Source: Octopus sinensis (taxonomy: Eukaryota). From it: DNA of 64,000 nt. Position 1 is the first letter of the stretch. The number at the start of each line of letters is the position of its first letter. A program made the position numbers and the translations under genes. Positions 62,630 to 64,000 of this stretch are shown here, in pieces. The DNA lies in assembly GCF_006345805.1 (NCBI RefSeq), contig NC_043000.1:25482001-25546000 (forward strand), read 5' to 3'. The notes under the pieces are model-generated. The model was not told the origin of the DNA. It did not search any database and was given only the letters and a program-made list of their open reading frames with translations.

Positions 62630-62780
62630 ATCTTGTTTCTTTCTGTGTTCCTTTCTGTGGAAGAGCGTAAGCTCGAAACATAAAAGACCTTTTCAATTCC
62701 TGAGCATTATACTAATACACCTGTTTGTTTTCTACATCACCTGTCTTCGTCTTTTGTTTTTCTTGTGAATTCTCCCCCTA
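62630..62780 (+). mobile_element. Penelope-like end fragment with a variant hammerhead-like fold (CTGTKGA core); second copy at ~31355-31495
   Basis: CTTT-CTGTGGA-A-GAGC-GTAA-GCTC-GAAAC-ATA-AAAG. Stems I and II pair, but A6 of the core is T in both copies. Confidence 0.35.
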
Positions 62781-62889
62781 TATATGTATGTATGTAGTCA
62801 TAGGCCACTGGTAGTAAACATTTCTAAAATCTTTATTACCCTGATATTATTAATTATGTATGTATGTATGTATATATACATATATACAT

Positions 62890-62954
<65 letters not shown>

Positions 62955-63056
62955 GTAGAAGTAACAGAGTGATTAATAAAAATAGTTCTATTTTTCCTGT
63001 TTGCATCACCATATCTATCTATCTATATATCTATCTATCTATCTATCAATCTATCC

Positions 63057-63098
<42 letters not shown>

Positions 63099-63254
63099 AT
63101 ATCTATCTCTATCTCTCTCTCCCTCCCTCTCTCTCTCTCTCTCTCTCTGTATATATATATATATACAACTAATGTAGGATAAAATTTTTTTTCTAAAACA
63201 AATTTTATCAATGGCCAGCATATCAAAAAATACCTTTAAAGGTTAAATTTATAA

Positions 63255-63687
63255 ATAACTTATAAAATAAGGACAAAAGAAAAATTCTAATGCCAAATAT
63301 GCCGAAAAAAAGACAAAATTGTCAATAACCATTATAATTAATGCGTCTCGAAACAAGCCGATAGAAATTTCTAAAAAATCCGTTATTACCGTATTGGTCC
63401 CAATTTCAGAGTTAATTCATAAGAATTTTCTCCTCGTCAGCGATAAATACATAAGACATAAATGAAATACTTACTCATACCCATGTCTTATGTATTTATC
63501 GCTGATGAGGAGAAAATTCTTATGAATTAACTCTGAAATTGGGACCAATACGGTAATAACGGATTTTTTAGAAATTTCTATCGGCTTGTTTTGAGACGTA
63601 TTAATTATAATGATTATTGACAATTTTGTCTTTTTTTCGGCATATTTGACATTAGAATTTTTCTTTTGCCCTTATTTTATAAGTTAT
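63255..63687. repeat. 205-bp near-perfect inverted repeat (23-nt spacer)
   Basis: Arms 63255-63459 and 63483-63687. Homologous to the single-orientation element at 60535-60890; both loci start with the same AATGTAGGATAAAATTTTT head. Confidence 0.9.
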
Positions 63688-64000
63688 ATATATATAAGCA
63701 TATATTGTTGTTAAATGATCAAAATATGAGACTAGAAAAACACCCAGCAACTAATGAAGGGTTGTTCTTTATGTTGTTTGGGTTTTTTTCTTCCATTTGT
63801 GTCTCTCATTGTTCGAAAGAACAATTCATGTTCCATGCACTCGTGCTTCGTATTTTTTTGTTGTACATGTTTCATGACGTCCTGTACCCACACATGCATA
63901 TATATCAGGTCATCCCATGAGTTCTATCTGAAATTTAAATAAAGAAAACAAGTGATCAAATGTTATATTTAATTGAAATTTCATCATCAATGTACTTACC

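Noticed and set aside
63992-64000. Consensus minus-strand donor G|GTAAGTAC at the right edge
   Set aside because: Any exon would lie outside the window and one such 9-mer is plausible by chance; cannot be evaluated.

Overview
AT-rich, microsatellite- and repeat-dense animal genomic DNA; the repeat families look like those of an octopus (coleoid cephalopod), which is an inference from recall, not from a search. The one recognisable host gene is the mitochondrial GDP-forming succinyl-CoA ligase beta subunit (SUCLG2) on the minus strand: four coding exons (50704-50760, 5814-5958, 3846-3948, 2663-2753) splice in frame across GT-AG introns into MAATRKVLQHVCCPLLRNQ-PKVVFNQVRWLNLQEYQSK...KAQILAGGRGKG...GVKVTK. 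The gene continues off the left edge. Intron 1 is 44,745 bp. The start codon sits in a YY1-type motif, with a CpG-retaining zone downstream and a ~760-bp polypurine tract upstream. Nearly everything else is mobile DNA: an RTE LINE with a PHD finger inside its RT region plus many 3'UTR-only copies, several tRNA-headed SINE families, hAT-, piggyBac-, mariner- and Mutator-like MITEs, Helitron/Helentron-like elements, and CR1- and R4/Dong-like fragments. The most unusual signal is a set of short elements carrying hammerhead-ribozyme-like cores (CUGAnGA...GAAA..NUH, with stems) and inverted ends typical of Penelope-like elements. One of these families has a tRNA (Pol III) head, and six of the motifs lie in the 54-64 kb region upstream of the promoter. 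All alignments and counts were done by eye; ribozyme activity is untested and most individual copies carry defects.
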